64,000 nt of DNA from Escherichia coli (GTDB taxonomy: Bacteria > Pseudomonadota > Gammaproteobacteria > Enterobacterales > Enterobacteriaceae): the NCBI RefSeq assembly GCF_041886205.1, contig NZ_CP169029.1. One strand, given 5' to 3'. Within the stretch, counting starts at the first letter, position 1, and each line of letters opens with the position of its first letter. The notes under the pieces were generated by a model. It was not told the DNA's origin and did no database searches. It worked only from the letters and a program-made list of their open reading frames with translations. Both the position numbers and the translations under genes were made by a program. Shown here piece by piece: positions 10,234-20,619 of the stretch.

Positions 10234-12225
10234 ATGTCCTCACGTAAAGAGCTTGCCAATGCTATTCGTGCGCTGAGCATGGACGCAGTACAGAAAGCCA
10301 AATCCGGTCACCCGGGTGCCCCTATGGGTATGGCTGACATTGCCGAAGTCCTGTGGCGTGATTTCCTGAAACACAACCCGCAGAATCCGTCCTGGGCTGA
10401 CCGTGACCGCTTCGTGCTGTCCAACGGCCACGGCTCCATGCTGATCTACAGCCTGCTGCACCTCACCGGTTATGATCTGCCGATGGAAGAACTGAAAAAC
10501 TTCCGTCAGCTGCACTCTAAAACTCCGGGCCACCCGGAAGTGGGTTACACCGCTGGTGTGGAAACCACCACCGGTCCGCTGGGTCAGGGTATTGCCAACG
10601 CAGTCGGTATGGCGATTGCAGAAAAAACGCTGGCGGCGCAGTTTAACCGTCCGGGCCACGACATTGTCGACCACTACACCTACGCCTTCATGGGCGACGG
10701 CTGCATGATGGAAGGCATCTCCCACGAAGTTTGCTCTCTGGCGGGTACGCTGAAGCTGGGTAAACTGATTGCATTCTACGATGACAACGGTATTTCTATC
10801 GATGGTCACGTTGAAGGCTGGTTCACCGACGACACCGCAATGCGTTTCGAAGCTTACGGCTGGCACGTTATTCGCGACATCGACGGTCATGACGCGGCAT
10901 CCATCAAACGCGCAGTTGAAGAAGCGCGCGCAGTGACTGACAAACCGTCCCTGCTGATGTGCAAAACCATCATCGGTTTCGGTTCCCCGAACAAAGCCGG
11001 TACCCACGACTCCCACGGTGCGCCGCTGGGCGACGCTGAAATTGCCCTGACCCGCGAACAGCTGGGCTGGAAATACGCGCCGTTCGAAATCCCGTCTGAA
11101 ATCTATGCTCAGTGGGATGCGAAAGAAGTAGGCCAGGCGAAAGAATCTGCATGGAATGAGAAGTTTGCGGCTTACGCGAAAGCTTATCCGCAGGAAGCGG
11201 CTGAATTTACCCGCCGTATGAAAGGCGAAATGCCGTCTGACTTCGACGCCAAAGCGAAAGAGTTTATCGCTAAACTGCAGGCTAATCCGGCGAAAATCGC
11301 CAGCCGTAAAGCGTCTCAGAATGCTATCGAAGCTTTCGGTCCGCTGTTGCCGGAATTCCTCGGCGGTTCTGCTGACCTGGCACCATCTAACCTGACCCTG
11401 TGGTCTGGTTCTAAAGCAATCAACGAAGATGCTGCGGGTAACTACATCCACTACGGTGTTCGCGAGTTCGGTATGACCGCGATTGCTAACGGTATCTCCC
11501 TGCACGGTGGTTTCCTGCCGTACACCTCCACCTTCCTGATGTTCGTGGAATACGCACGTAACGCCGTACGTATGGCTGCGCTGATGAAACAGCGTCAGGT
11601 GATGGTTTACACCCACGACTCCATCGGTCTGGGCGAAGATGGCCCGACTCACCAGCCGGTAGAGCAGGTCGCTTCTCTGCGCGTAACCCCGAACATGTCT
11701 ACATGGCGTCCGTGTGACCAGGTTGAATCCGCGGTCGCGTGGAAATACGGTGTTGAGCGTCAGGACGGCCCGACTGCGCTGATCCTCTCCCGTCAGAACC
11801 TGGCGCAGCAGGAACGAACTGAAGAGCAACTGGCAAACATCGCGCGCGGTGGTTATGTGCTGAAAGACTGCGCCGGTCAGCCGGAACTGATTTTCATCGC
11901 TACCGGTTCAGAAGTTGAATTGGCGGTTGCTGCCTACGAAAAACTGACTGCTGAAGGCGTGAAAGCGCGCGTGGTGTCCATGCCGTCTACCGACGCATTT
12001 GACAAGCAGGATGCTGCTTACCGTGAATCCGTACTGCCGAAAGCGGTTACTGCACGCGTTGCTGTAGAAGCGGGTATTGCTGACTACTGGTACAAGTATG
12101 TTGGCCTGAACGGTGCTATCGTCGGTATGACCACCTTCGGTGAATCTGCTCCGGCAGAGCTGCTGTTTGAAGAGTTCGGCTTCACTGTTGATAACGTTGT
12201 TGCGAAAGCAAAAGCGCTGCTGTAA
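10234..12225 (+). CDS. tktA: Transketolase 1, 663 aa
   Basis: ORF track 10204..12225; ATG at 10234 gives [41 protein letters not shown]; TPP-binding motifs. Confidence 0.97.
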   Translation: MSSRKELANAIRALSMDAVQKAKSGHPGAPMGMADIAEVLWRDFLKHNPQNPSWADRDRFVLSNGHGSMLIYSLLHLTGYDLPMEELKNFRQLHSKTPGHPEVGYTAGVETTTGPLGQGIANAVGMAIAEKTLAAQFNRPGHDIVDHYTYAFMGDGCMMEGISHEVCSLAGTLKLGKLIAFYDDNGISIDGHVEGWFTDDTAMRFEAYGWHVIRDIDGHDAASIKRAVEEARAVTDKPSLLMCKTIIGFGSPNKAGTHDSHGAPLGDAEIALTREQLGWKYAPFEIPSEIYAQWDAKEVGQAKESAWNEKFAAYAKAYPQEAAEFTRRMKGEMPSDFDAKAKEFIAKLQANPAKIASRKASQNAIEAFGPLLPEFLGGSADLAPSNLTLWSGSKAINEDAAGNYIHYGVREFGMTAIANGISLHGGFLPYTSTFLMFVEYARNAVRMAALMKQRQVMVYTHDSIGLGEDGPTHQPVEQVASLRVTPNMSTWRPCDQVESAVAWKYGVERQDGPTALILSRQNLAQQERTEEQLANIARGGYVLKDCAGQPELIFIATGSEVELAVAAYEKLTAEGVKARVVSMPSTDAFDKQDAAYRESVLPKAVTARVAVEAGIADYWYKYVGLNGAIVGMTTFGESAPAELLFEEFGFTVDNVVAKAKALL

Positions 12226-12240
12226 TTAGCATTTCGGGTA

Positions 12241-12267
12241 AAAAGGTCGCTTCGGCGACCTTTTTTA
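12241..12267 (+). terminator. Rho-independent terminator of tktA
   Basis: aaaaggtcgc-ttcg-gcgacc followed by ttttttatt, 16 bp after the tktA stop. Confidence 0.85.
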
Positions 12268-12386
12268 TTGCCTTGATATGTCCGTTTGCGGACAGGCAAT
12301 AGGTAAATAGTGATGTGTATCGCAAATATTTATATGAAATAAATATTAACTATGTAATGCGTATCACAATATGCATATTGACATTT

Positions 12387-12409
12387 ATTTTTATATCCAT
12401 AAATAACTG
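12387..12409. promoter_or_regulatory. Perfect 10-bp inverted repeat (ccataaataa-ctg-ttatttatgg), candidate operator in the cmt operon promoter region
   Basis: Seen directly in sequence about 125 bp upstream of the cmtB ATG in an AT-rich promoter region; function inferred. Confidence 0.35.
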
Positions 12410-12533
12410 TTATTTATGGAATTAATAATTCATTGTTTTTAAAGCATCGATTTCCTCGCTGGATTGCTTTCATTAAACCGCACGAGTATTTTATTTTTAC
12501 CGCCGGACAGTACCCTAAAAATAAGGATAATTT

Positions 12534-12977
12534 ATGCGGCTTAGTGATTATTTTCCAGAATCATCAATCTCAGTTATATATTCAGCAAAAGATTGGCAGG
12601 AAGCTATCGATTTCTCGATGGTATCATTGCTGGATAAAAACTATATCAGCGAGAATTACATTCAGGCAATTAAAGATTCCACCATTAACAATGGCCCTTA
12701 TTATATTCTCGCACCAGGCGTGGCAATGCCTCATGCGCGACCGGAATGTGGGGCGCTTAAAACCGGGATGTCTTTGACATTACTTGAACAAGGTGTTTAT
12801 TTTCCGGGGAATGACGAACCAATTAAATTACTCATCGGACTCTCTGCTGCCGATGCCGATTCGCACATTGGCGCTATTCAGGCGTTAAGTGAATTACTGT
12901 GCGAAGAAGAAATACTCGAACAACTCTTAACAGCATCATCAGAAAAACAATTAGCGGACATTATCAGCCGCGGATAA
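12534..12977 (+). CDS. cmtB: PTS mannitol-type EIIA component (cryptic), 147 aa
   Basis: ORF track 12534..12977; PTS EIIA(Mtl/Ntr-type) fold, conserved His (VAMPHAR). Confidence 0.93.
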   Translation: MRLSDYFPESSISVIYSAKDWQEAIDFSMVSLLDKNYISENYIQAIKDSTINNGPYYILAPGVAMPHARPECGALKTGMSLTLLEQGVYFPGNDEPIKLLIGLSAADADSHIGAIQALSELLCEEEILEQLLTASSEKQLADIISRG

Positions 12978-13004
12978 TTACTCTCTCCTCTACAGGATAA
13001 TATT

Positions 13005-14393
13005 ATGGAAAACAAGTCTGCTCGTGCAAAGGTCCAGGCTTTTGGGGGCTTTTTGACTGCAATGGTCATCCCCAATATTGGTGCTTTTATTGCCTGGGGT
13101 TTTATTACTGCGTTATTTATTCCCACCGGTTGGCTGCCTAACGAACATTTCGCCAAAATTGTCGGCCCGATGATTACCTATTTATTGCCCGTGATGATTG
13201 GTTCTACCGGTGGTCATCTGGTCGGCGGTAAACGCGGCGCGGTCATGGGCGGAATAGGTACTATTGGTGTGATCGTCGGCGCAGAGATCCCGATGTTCCT
13301 TGGCTCAATGATTATGGGGCCGCTCGGTGGGCTGGTCATAAAATATGTTGATAAGGCACTGGAAAAACGCATACCTGCCGGTTTTGAGATGGTTATCAAT
13401 AACTTCTCATTAGGTATCGCGGGGATGCTCCTTTGTCTGCTGGGTTTTGAAGTGATCGGCCCGGCGGTGTTAATTGCCAATACTTTCGTCAAAGAGTGTA
13501 TTGAGGCGCTGGTACATGCGGGTTATCTGCCTCTGCTGTCAGTCATCAATGAACCGGCGAAAGTGCTTTTCCTTAATAATGCGATCGATCAGGGCGTCTA
13601 TTATCCGCTGGGAATGCAACAGGCTTCGGTTAACGGCAAATCCATCTTCTTTATGGTGGCCTCTAACCCAGGTCCGGGCCTGGGGCTGCTGCTGGCGTTT
13701 ACCTTGTTTGGTAAAGGGATGAGTAAACGTTCTGCGCCAGGGGCGATGATTATTCACTTCCTCGGTAGGATCCACGAACTGTATTTCCCGTATGTGCTGA
13801 TGAAGCCGCTGACCATTATTGCCATGATTGCGGGCGGTATGTCTGGCACCTGGATGTTTAACTTACTGGACGGTGGTCTGGTGGCTGGCCCAAGTCCGGG
13901 GTCTATCTTTGCTTACCTGGCACTGACGCCGAAAGGTTCGTTCCTGGCGACAATTGCCGGTGTTACGGTAGGTACCCTGGTGTCCTTTGCTATCACTTCG
14001 CTGATACTGAAGATGGAAAAAACGGTGGAAACGGAGAGCGAAGATGAGTTTGCTCAGTCAGCCAATGCGGTTAAGGCGATGAAACAAGAGGGTGCATTCT
14101 CGTTAAGTCGGGTTAAGCGTATCGCCTTTGTTTGCGATGCGGGGATGGGCTCCAGTGCGATGGGCGCGACCACCTTCCGTAAACGCCTGGAAAAAGCGGG
14201 GCTGGCAATTGAAGTAAAACATTACGCCATAGAAAACGTGCCTGCGGATGCGGATATCGTCGTTACTCATGCCAGTCTGGAAGGGCGCGTGAAACGTGTG
14301 ACGGATAAACCACTGATATTGATTAGTAACTATATTGGCGATCCAAAACTCGACACTTTATTTAATCAATTAACCGCCGAACATAAACACTGA
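13005..14393 (+). CDS. cmtA: PTS mannitol-type EIICB component (cryptic), 462 aa
   Basis: ORF track 13005..14393; polytopic EIIC followed by EIIB domain with the phosphorylatable Cys (FVCDAGMGSSAMG). Confidence 0.93.
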   Translation: MENKSARAKVQAFGGFLTAMVIPNIGAFIAWGFITALFIPTGWLPNEHFAKIVGPMITYLLPVMIGSTGGHLVGGKRGAVMGGIGTIGVIVGAEIPMFLGSMIMGPLGGLVIKYVDKALEKRIPAGFEMVINNFSLGIAGMLLCLLGFEVIGPAVLIANTFVKECIEALVHAGYLPLLSVINEPAKVLFLNNAIDQGVYYPLGMQQASVNGKSIFFMVASNPGPGLGLLLAFTLFGKGMSKRSAPGAMIIHFLGRIHELYFPYVLMKPLTIIAMIAGGMSGTWMFNLLDGGLVAGPSPGSIFAYLALTPKGSFLATIAGVTVGTLVSFAITSLILKMEKTVETESEDEFAQSANAVKAMKQEGAFSLSRVKRIAFVCDAGMGSSAMGATTFRKRLEKAGLAIEVKHYAIENVPADADIVVTHASLEGRVKRVTDKPLILISNYIGDPKLDTLFNQLTAEHKH

Positions 14394-14407
14394 TTACAGA
14401 GGTAAAA

Positions 14408-15685
14408 ATGAAAACCAAAGTTGCTGCTATTTATGGCAAGCGGGATGTCCGTCTGCGCGAATTTGAACTGCCAGAAATTACCGATAATGAACTTTTGGTG
14501 AGTGTAATTTCTGACAGTGTCTGTTTATCCACCTGGAAAGCGGCGTTACTCGGTAGTGAACATAAACGCGTACCCGACGATTTAGAAAATCATCCGGTCA
14601 TTACCGGGCATGAATGTGCCGGGGTTATTGTCGAAGTGGGTAAAAATCTCACTGGCAAATATAAAAAAGGCCAGCGTTTTGTATTGCAACCGGCGATGGG
14701 GTTACCAAGCGGATATTCAGCGGGCTACAGCTACGAATATTTTGGCGGTAACGCCACCTATATGATTATTCCCGAGATCGCCATTAATTTGGGCTGCGTA
14801 TTACCGTATCACGGCTCTTATTTTGCTGCGGCGTCGCTGGCAGAGCCTATGTGCTGCATTATTGGCGCTTATCATGCCAATTATCACACCACGCAATATG
14901 TTTATGAGCATCACATGGGCGTCAAACCTGGCGGCAATATTGCACTGCTGGCGTGTGCAGGTCCGATGGGCATTGGCGCTATCGATTACGCCATTAACGG
15001 CGGCATACAACCGTCGCGGGTGGTGGTGGTCGATATCGACGACAAACGTCTGGCGCAGGTACAGAAGCTGCTGCCGGTGGAACTGGCGGCCAGTAAAGGC
15101 ATTGAGCTGGTGTATGTGAATACCAAAGGGATGAGTGATCCTGTCCAGATGCTGCGGGCGCTGACAGGAGATGCCGGGTTCGATGACATTTTTGTTTATG
15201 CGGCGGTGCCTGCTGTCGTTGAGATGGCTGATGAATTACTGGCGGAAGATGGCTGTCTGAACTTCTTTGCCGGGCCGACGGATAAAAACTTCAAAGTGCC
15301 GTTTAATTTCTACAACGTCCATTACAACAGCACGCACGTAGTCGGTACATCCGGCGGTTCAACGGACGACATGAAAGAGGCGATTGCCCTTAGCGCCACA
15401 GGACAGTTACAGCCGTCGTTTATGGTGACCCATATTGGTGGCCTGGATGCGGTGCCAGAAACCGTGCTCAATCTGCCGGATATCCCTGGCGGTAAAAAAC
15501 TCATTTATAACGGCGTGACCATGCCGCTCACTGCCATTGCCGATTTTGCCGAAAAAGGCAAAACCGATCCGCTGTTTAAAGAGCTGGCGCGGCTGGTTGA
15601 GGAAACGCACGGCATCTGGAATGAACAGGCCGAGAAATATCTGCTGGCACAATTTGGCGTTGATATTGGGGAGGCCGCGCAATGA
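14408..15685 (+). CDS. yggP: Zn-dependent medium-chain polyol dehydrogenase-like protein, 425 aa
   Basis: ORF track 14408..15685; MDR/alcohol dehydrogenase-like catalytic and Rossmann regions; the stop overlaps the yggF start. Confidence 0.9.
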   Translation: MKTKVAAIYGKRDVRLREFELPEITDNELLVSVISDSVCLSTWKAALLGSEHKRVPDDLENHPVITGHECAGVIVEVGKNLTGKYKKGQRFVLQPAMGLPSGYSAGYSYEYFGGNATYMIIPEIAINLGCVLPYHGSYFAAASLAEPMCCIIGAYHANYHTTQYVYEHHMGVKPGGNIALLACAGPMGIGAIDYAINGGIQPSRVVVVDIDDKRLAQVQKLLPVELAASKGIELVYVNTKGMSDPVQMLRALTGDAGFDDIFVYAAVPAVVEMADELLAEDGCLNFFAGPTDKNFKVPFNFYNVHYNSTHVVGTSGGSTDDMKEAIALSATGQLQPSFMVTHIGGLDAVPETVLNLPDIPGGKKLIYNGVTMPLTAIADFAEKGKTDPLFKELARLVEETHGIWNEQAEKYLLAQFGVDIGEAAQ

Positions 15686-16647
15686 TGTCCCTGGCGTGGC
15701 CATTATTTCGCGTTACGGAACAGGCAGCGTTGGCTGCCTGGCCGCAAACCGGATGTGGCGACAAAAATAAAATTGATGGCCTGGCGGTCACCGCGATGCG
15801 ACAGGCATTAAACGACGTCGCTTTTCGTGGACGAGTGGTTATCGGCGAAGGAGAAATTGACCATGCGCCGATGCTGTGGATTGGCGAAGAGGTGGGCAAA
15901 GGCGATGGGCCAGAAGTCGATATCGCGGTTGACCCGATTGAAGGCACGCGGATGGTAGCGATGGGGCAGAGCAATGCGCTGGCGGTCATGGCTTTCGCCC
16001 CTCGAGATAGCCTGTTACATGCGCCCGATATGTATATGAAAAAGCTGGTTGTTAATCGACTGGCGGCGGGCGCGATTGATCTGTCTTTGCCTCTGGCGGA
16101 CAACTTGCGCAACGTGGCGCGGGCGTTAGGCAAACCGCTGGACAAGCTGCGCATGGTTACGCTGGATAAACCGCGCCTGAGTGCCGCGATTGAAGAAGCA
16201 ACACAGCTGGGCGTGAAGGTTTTCGCTCTGCCGGATGGCGATGTCGCCGCCAGCGTGCTGACCTGCTGGCAGGATAATCCTTACGATGTGATGTACACCA
16301 TCGGCGGTGCGCCAGAAGGCGTGATTTCTGCCTGTGCCGTTAAAGCATTAGGCGGGGATATGCAGGCCGAGCTGATTGACTTTTGCCAGGCTAAAGGGGA
16401 TTACACGGAAAATCGGCAGATTGCAGAGCAGGAGCGCAAGCGTTGCAAGGCAATGGGCGTTGACGTTAACCGTGTGTACTCGCTCGATGAACTGGTGAGG
16501 GGGAACGATATCCTCTTTAGCGCTACGGGCGTGACGGGCGGTGAGCTGGTGAACGGTATCCAACAGACGGCGAATGGGGTGCGGACGCAGACATTACTGA
16601 TCGGCGGCGCGGACCAAACGTGTAATATAATAGACTCCCTGCATTGA
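15682..16647 (+). CDS. yggF: Class II (GlpX-type) fructose-1,6-bisphosphatase paralog, 321 aa
   Basis: ORF track 15682..16647; GlpX-family sequence (IDGLAVTAMRQALN...GEGEIDHAPML...). Confidence 0.9.
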   Translation: MMSLAWPLFRVTEQAALAAWPQTGCGDKNKIDGLAVTAMRQALNDVAFRGRVVIGEGEIDHAPMLWIGEEVGKGDGPEVDIAVDPIEGTRMVAMGQSNALAVMAFAPRDSLLHAPDMYMKKLVVNRLAAGAIDLSLPLADNLRNVARALGKPLDKLRMVTLDKPRLSAAIEEATQLGVKVFALPDGDVAASVLTCWQDNPYDVMYTIGGAPEGVISACAVKALGGDMQAELIDFCQAKGDYTENRQIAEQERKRCKAMGVDVNRVYSLDELVRGNDILFSATGVTGGELVNGIQQTANGVRTQTLLIGGADQTCNIIDSLH

Positions 16648-16668
16648 TGGTGATCTATCGGAAGACCA

Positions 16669-17178
16669 ATGGCGACGCTGACAGAAGATGATGTGCTTGA
16701 GCAACTGGATGCACAGGACAATTTATTTTCATTTATGAAAACTGCGCATTCTATTTTGCTCCAGGGGATACGCCAGTTTCTGCCGTCGCTGTTTGTCGAT
16801 AACGATGAAGAGATCGTCGAATATGCAGTGAAGCCGTTACTCGCCCAAAGCGGCCCGCTTGACGATATTGATGTTGCACTGCGTTTGATTTATGCGCTGG
16901 GGAAAATGGATAAATGGCTGTACGCCGATATCACGCATTTTTCCCAGTTCTGGCATTACCTGAACGAACAGGATGAAGCGCCCGGATTTGCCGATGACAT
17001 GACCTGGGATTTTATCAGCAACGTCAATAGCATAACCTGCAATGCGACGCTCTATGACGCGTTGAAAGCGATGAAATTCGCCGATTTCGCCGTCTGGTCA
17101 GAGGCGCGTTTTAGCGGGATGGTCAAAACGGCGCTGACGCTGGCAGTAACGACCACCTTAAAGGAATTAACGCCGTGA
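16669..17178 (+). CDS. yggD: MtlR-like regulator (mannitol operon repressor family), 169 aa
   Basis: ORF track 16669..17178; small acidic helical protein in the cmt/ygg operon. Confidence 0.88.
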   Translation: MATLTEDDVLEQLDAQDNLFSFMKTAHSILLQGIRQFLPSLFVDNDEEIVEYAVKPLLAQSGPLDDIDVALRLIYALGKMDKWLYADITHFSQFWHYLNEQDEAPGFADDMTWDFISNVNSITCNATLYDALKAMKFADFAVWSEARFSGMVKTALTLAVTTTLKELTP

Positions 17179-17888
17179 AAATTGAATTAACGGTGAATGG
17201 GCTGAAGATACAGGCACAGTACCAGAACGAAGAGATAGAAAATGTACATAAACCGTTGCTGCGCATGTTGGCGGCCTTACAGACGGTAAATCCGCAGCGG
17301 CGTACGGTGGTTTTTCTTTGCGCTCCGCCGGGGACGGGTAAATCAACCCTAACCACCTTCTGGGAATATCTCGCGCAACAAGACCCGGAGCTGCCCGCTA
17401 TACAGACGCTGCCGATGGATGGTTTTCACCATTACAATAGCTGGCTGGATGCGCATCAATTGCGCCCCTTCAAAGGCGCTCCAGAGACATTTGACGTTGC
17501 GAAACTGGCGGAAAATCTGCGCCAGGTCGTGGAAGGGGATTGTACGTGGCCGCAGTACGATCGACAAAAGCATGATCCTGTTGAAGATGCGTTGCACGTT
17601 ACCGCACCACTCGTCATCGTCGAAGGAAACTGGCTATTACTGGATGATGAAAAGTGGCAGGAGTTGGCATCTTTCTGCGATTTTTCTATTTTTATTCATG
17701 CACCTGCTCAAATTCTGCGGGAGCGCTTGATTAGTCGTAAAATTGCGGGAGGATTATCGCGGCAAGCAGCCGAAGCATTTTATGCCCGAACCGATGGCCC
17801 CAATGTCGAGCGTGTGCTGATGAATAGCCGTCAGGCCAATCTGATAGTAGAGATGACTGAAGAAGGCCGGTATCACTTCACAAGCTGA
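17175..17888 (+). CDS. yggC: P-loop NTPase / putative nucleoside-sugar kinase, 237 aa
   Basis: ORF track 17175..17888, GTG start overlapping the yggD stop; Walker A motif CAPPGTGKST. Confidence 0.88.
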   Translation: MKIELTVNGLKIQAQYQNEEIENVHKPLLRMLAALQTVNPQRRTVVFLCAPPGTGKSTLTTFWEYLAQQDPELPAIQTLPMDGFHHYNSWLDAHQLRPFKGAPETFDVAKLAENLRQVVEGDCTWPQYDRQKHDPVEDALHVTAPLVIVEGNWLLLDDEKWQELASFCDFSIFIHAPAQILRERLISRKIAGGLSRQAAEAFYARTDGPNVERVLMNSRQANLIVEMTEEGRYHFTS

Positions 17889-18172
17889 CAATTTATTCCA
17901 GTTATTGCAGGGTTATTATTACGCCAGCCTGGAATAAAGCTTCCCACAAAAGGGGATAAAAGTGTGATGTGAGTCAGATAAATGTCTTCTTCGGCTGGAC
18001 AAACATTCCTTTTATTCCACGTTTCGCTTATCCTAGCTGAAGCGTTTCAGTCGATTAAATGTTCGACAATTAACCAATCAGTCGCAGTTTGCGACAGGTA
18101 AGGTTTCCCCGGACGATTTGCTGGATTACTCTGTCTGGCAAATTTGCTCAGGGAAAACCTTGCAGGAGATCT

Positions 18173-19192
18173 ATGACCGTACGCGTAGCGATAAATGGCT
18201 TCGGTCGCATCGGGCGTAATGTGGTTCGTGCTTTGTATGAATCCGGACGCCGGGCGGAAATTACCGTGGTGGCAATCAACGAACTGGCGGATGCTGCGGG
18301 CATGGCGCATTTGTTGAAATATGACACCAGCCATGGCCGTTTTGCATGGGAAGTACGACAGGAACGCGATCAACTTTTTGTTGGTGATGACGCCATCCGC
18401 GTATTGCATGAACGTTCACTGCAATCGCTCCCCTGGCGTGAACTTGGCGTTGATGTAGTCCTCGACTGCACCGGCGTATATGGCTCCCGCGAGCATGGCG
18501 AAGCGCATATTGCCGCCGGGGCCAAAAAAGTGCTCTTTTCACATCCTGGCAGTAACGATCTCGACGCGACCGTTGTTTACGGCGTCAATCAGGATCAACT
18601 TCGTGCGGAACACCGCATCGTTTCTAACGCTTCCTGTACCACGAATTGCATAATTCCCGTCATCAAATTGTTAGATGATGCGTACGGTATTGAGTCCGGC
18701 ACTGTGACCACAATTCACTCCGCCATGCACGATCAACAGGTTATTGATGCATACCATCCTGACCTGCGTCGCACCCGGGCAGCCAGCCAGTCGATCATTC
18801 CGGTCGATACTAAACTGGCCGCCGGTATCACACGATTTTTTCCGCAATTTAACGATCGCTTTGAAGCGATTGCGGTACGTGTGCCAACCATAAATGTGAC
18901 GGCAATCGATTTAAGCGTGACGGTGAAGAAACCTGTAAAAGCCAATGAAGTCAACCTGTTGCTGCAAAAAGCAGCACAAGGTGCATTTCATGGTATAGTT
19001 GACTATACGGAATTGCCGTTGGTCTCTGTAGATTTTAACCACGATCCGCACAGTGCCATTGTCGATGGCACCCAAACCCGGGTCAGTGGCGCACACCTGA
19101 TCAAAACGTTGGTCTGGTGCGATAACGAATGGGGCTTTGCTAACCGAATGCTCGACACGACGTTAGCTATGGCTACTGTTGCTTTCAGGTAA
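18173..19192 (+). CDS. epd: D-erythrose-4-phosphate dehydrogenase, 339 aa
   Basis: ORF track 18089..19192; ATG at 18173 gives [21 protein letters not shown]; GAPDH-family with catalytic SCTTNC. Confidence 0.95.
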
Positions 19193-19241
19193 GACGCAAG
19201 CAGCGTCTGCAAAACTTTTAGAATCAACGAGAGGATTCACC

Positions 19242-20405
19242 ATGTCTGTAATTAAGATGACCGATCTGGATCTTGCTGGGAAACGTGTATTTATCCGTGC
19301 GGATCTGAACGTACCAGTAAAAGACGGGAAAGTAACCAGCGACGCGCGTATCCGTGCTTCTCTGCCGACCATCGAACTGGCCCTGAAACAAGGCGCAAAA
19401 GTGATGGTAACTTCCCACCTGGGTCGTCCTACCGAAGGCGAGTACAACGAAGAATTCTCTCTGCTGCCGGTTGTTAACTACCTGAAAGACAAACTGTCTA
19501 ACCCGGTTCGTCTGGTTAAAGATTACCTCGACGGCGTTGACGTTGCTGAAGGTGAACTGGTTGTTCTGGAAAACGTTCGCTTCAACAAAGGCGAGAAGAA
19601 AGACGACGAAACCCTGTCCAAAAAATACGCTGCACTGTGTGACGTGTTCGTAATGGACGCATTCGGTACTGCTCACCGCGCGCAGGCTTCTACTCACGGT
19701 ATCGGTAAATTCGCTGACGTTGCGTGCGCAGGCCCGCTGCTGGCAGCTGAACTGGACGCGCTGGGTAAAGCACTGAAAGAACCTGCTCGCCCGATGGTGG
19801 CTATCGTTGGTGGTTCTAAAGTATCTACCAAACTGACCGTTCTGGACTCCCTGTCTAAAATCGCTGACCAGCTGATTGTTGGTGGTGGTATCGCTAACAC
19901 CTTTATCGCGGCACAAGGCCACGATGTGGGTAAATCCCTGTACGAAGCTGACCTGGTTGACGAAGCTAAACGTCTGCTGACCACCTGCAACATCCCGGTT
20001 CCGTCTGATGTTCGCGTAGCAACCGAGTTCTCTGAAACTGCACCGGCTACCCTGAAATCTGTTAACGATGTGAAAGCTGACGAGCAGATCCTGGATATCG
20101 GTGATGCTTCCGCTCAGGAACTGGCTGAAATCCTGAAGAATGCGAAAACCATTCTGTGGAACGGTCCGGTTGGCGTGTTCGAATTCCCGAACTTCCGCAA
20201 AGGTACTGAAATCGTGGCTAACGCTATCGCAGACAGCGAAGCGTTCTCCATCGCTGGCGGCGGCGACACTCTGGCAGCAATCGACCTGTTCGGCATTGCT
20301 GACAAAATCTCCTACATCTCCACTGGCGGCGGCGCATTCCTCGAATTCGTGGAAGGTAAAGTACTGCCTGCAGTAGCGATGCTCGAAGAGCGCGCTAAGA
20401 AGTAA
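19242..20405 (+). CDS. pgk: Phosphoglycerate kinase, 387 aa
   Basis: ORF track 19179..20405; ATG at 19242 gives [25 protein letters not shown]. Confidence 0.97.
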
Positions 20406-20619
20406 AAAATCACAGGGCAGGGAAACCTGCCCTTGTTTCAGCGCGCTTTTAGAGCACGCATTTTTTCATACTCTAAATAATTCGAGTTGCAGGAAGGCGA
20501 CAAGAGAGTGAATCCCCAGGAGCTTACATAAGTAAGTGACTGGGGTGAGCGAACGCAGACGCAGCACATGCAACTTGAAGTATGATGAGTATAAGGCCCG
20601 ACGATACAGGACAAGAGAC

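Noticed and set aside
10240-11829. 529-aa ORF on the minus strand
   Set aside because: Lies entirely antisense within tktA, whose identity is unambiguous. The translation is Arg/Val/Gly-rich low-complexity sequence typical of the reverse frame of a GC-rich gene.
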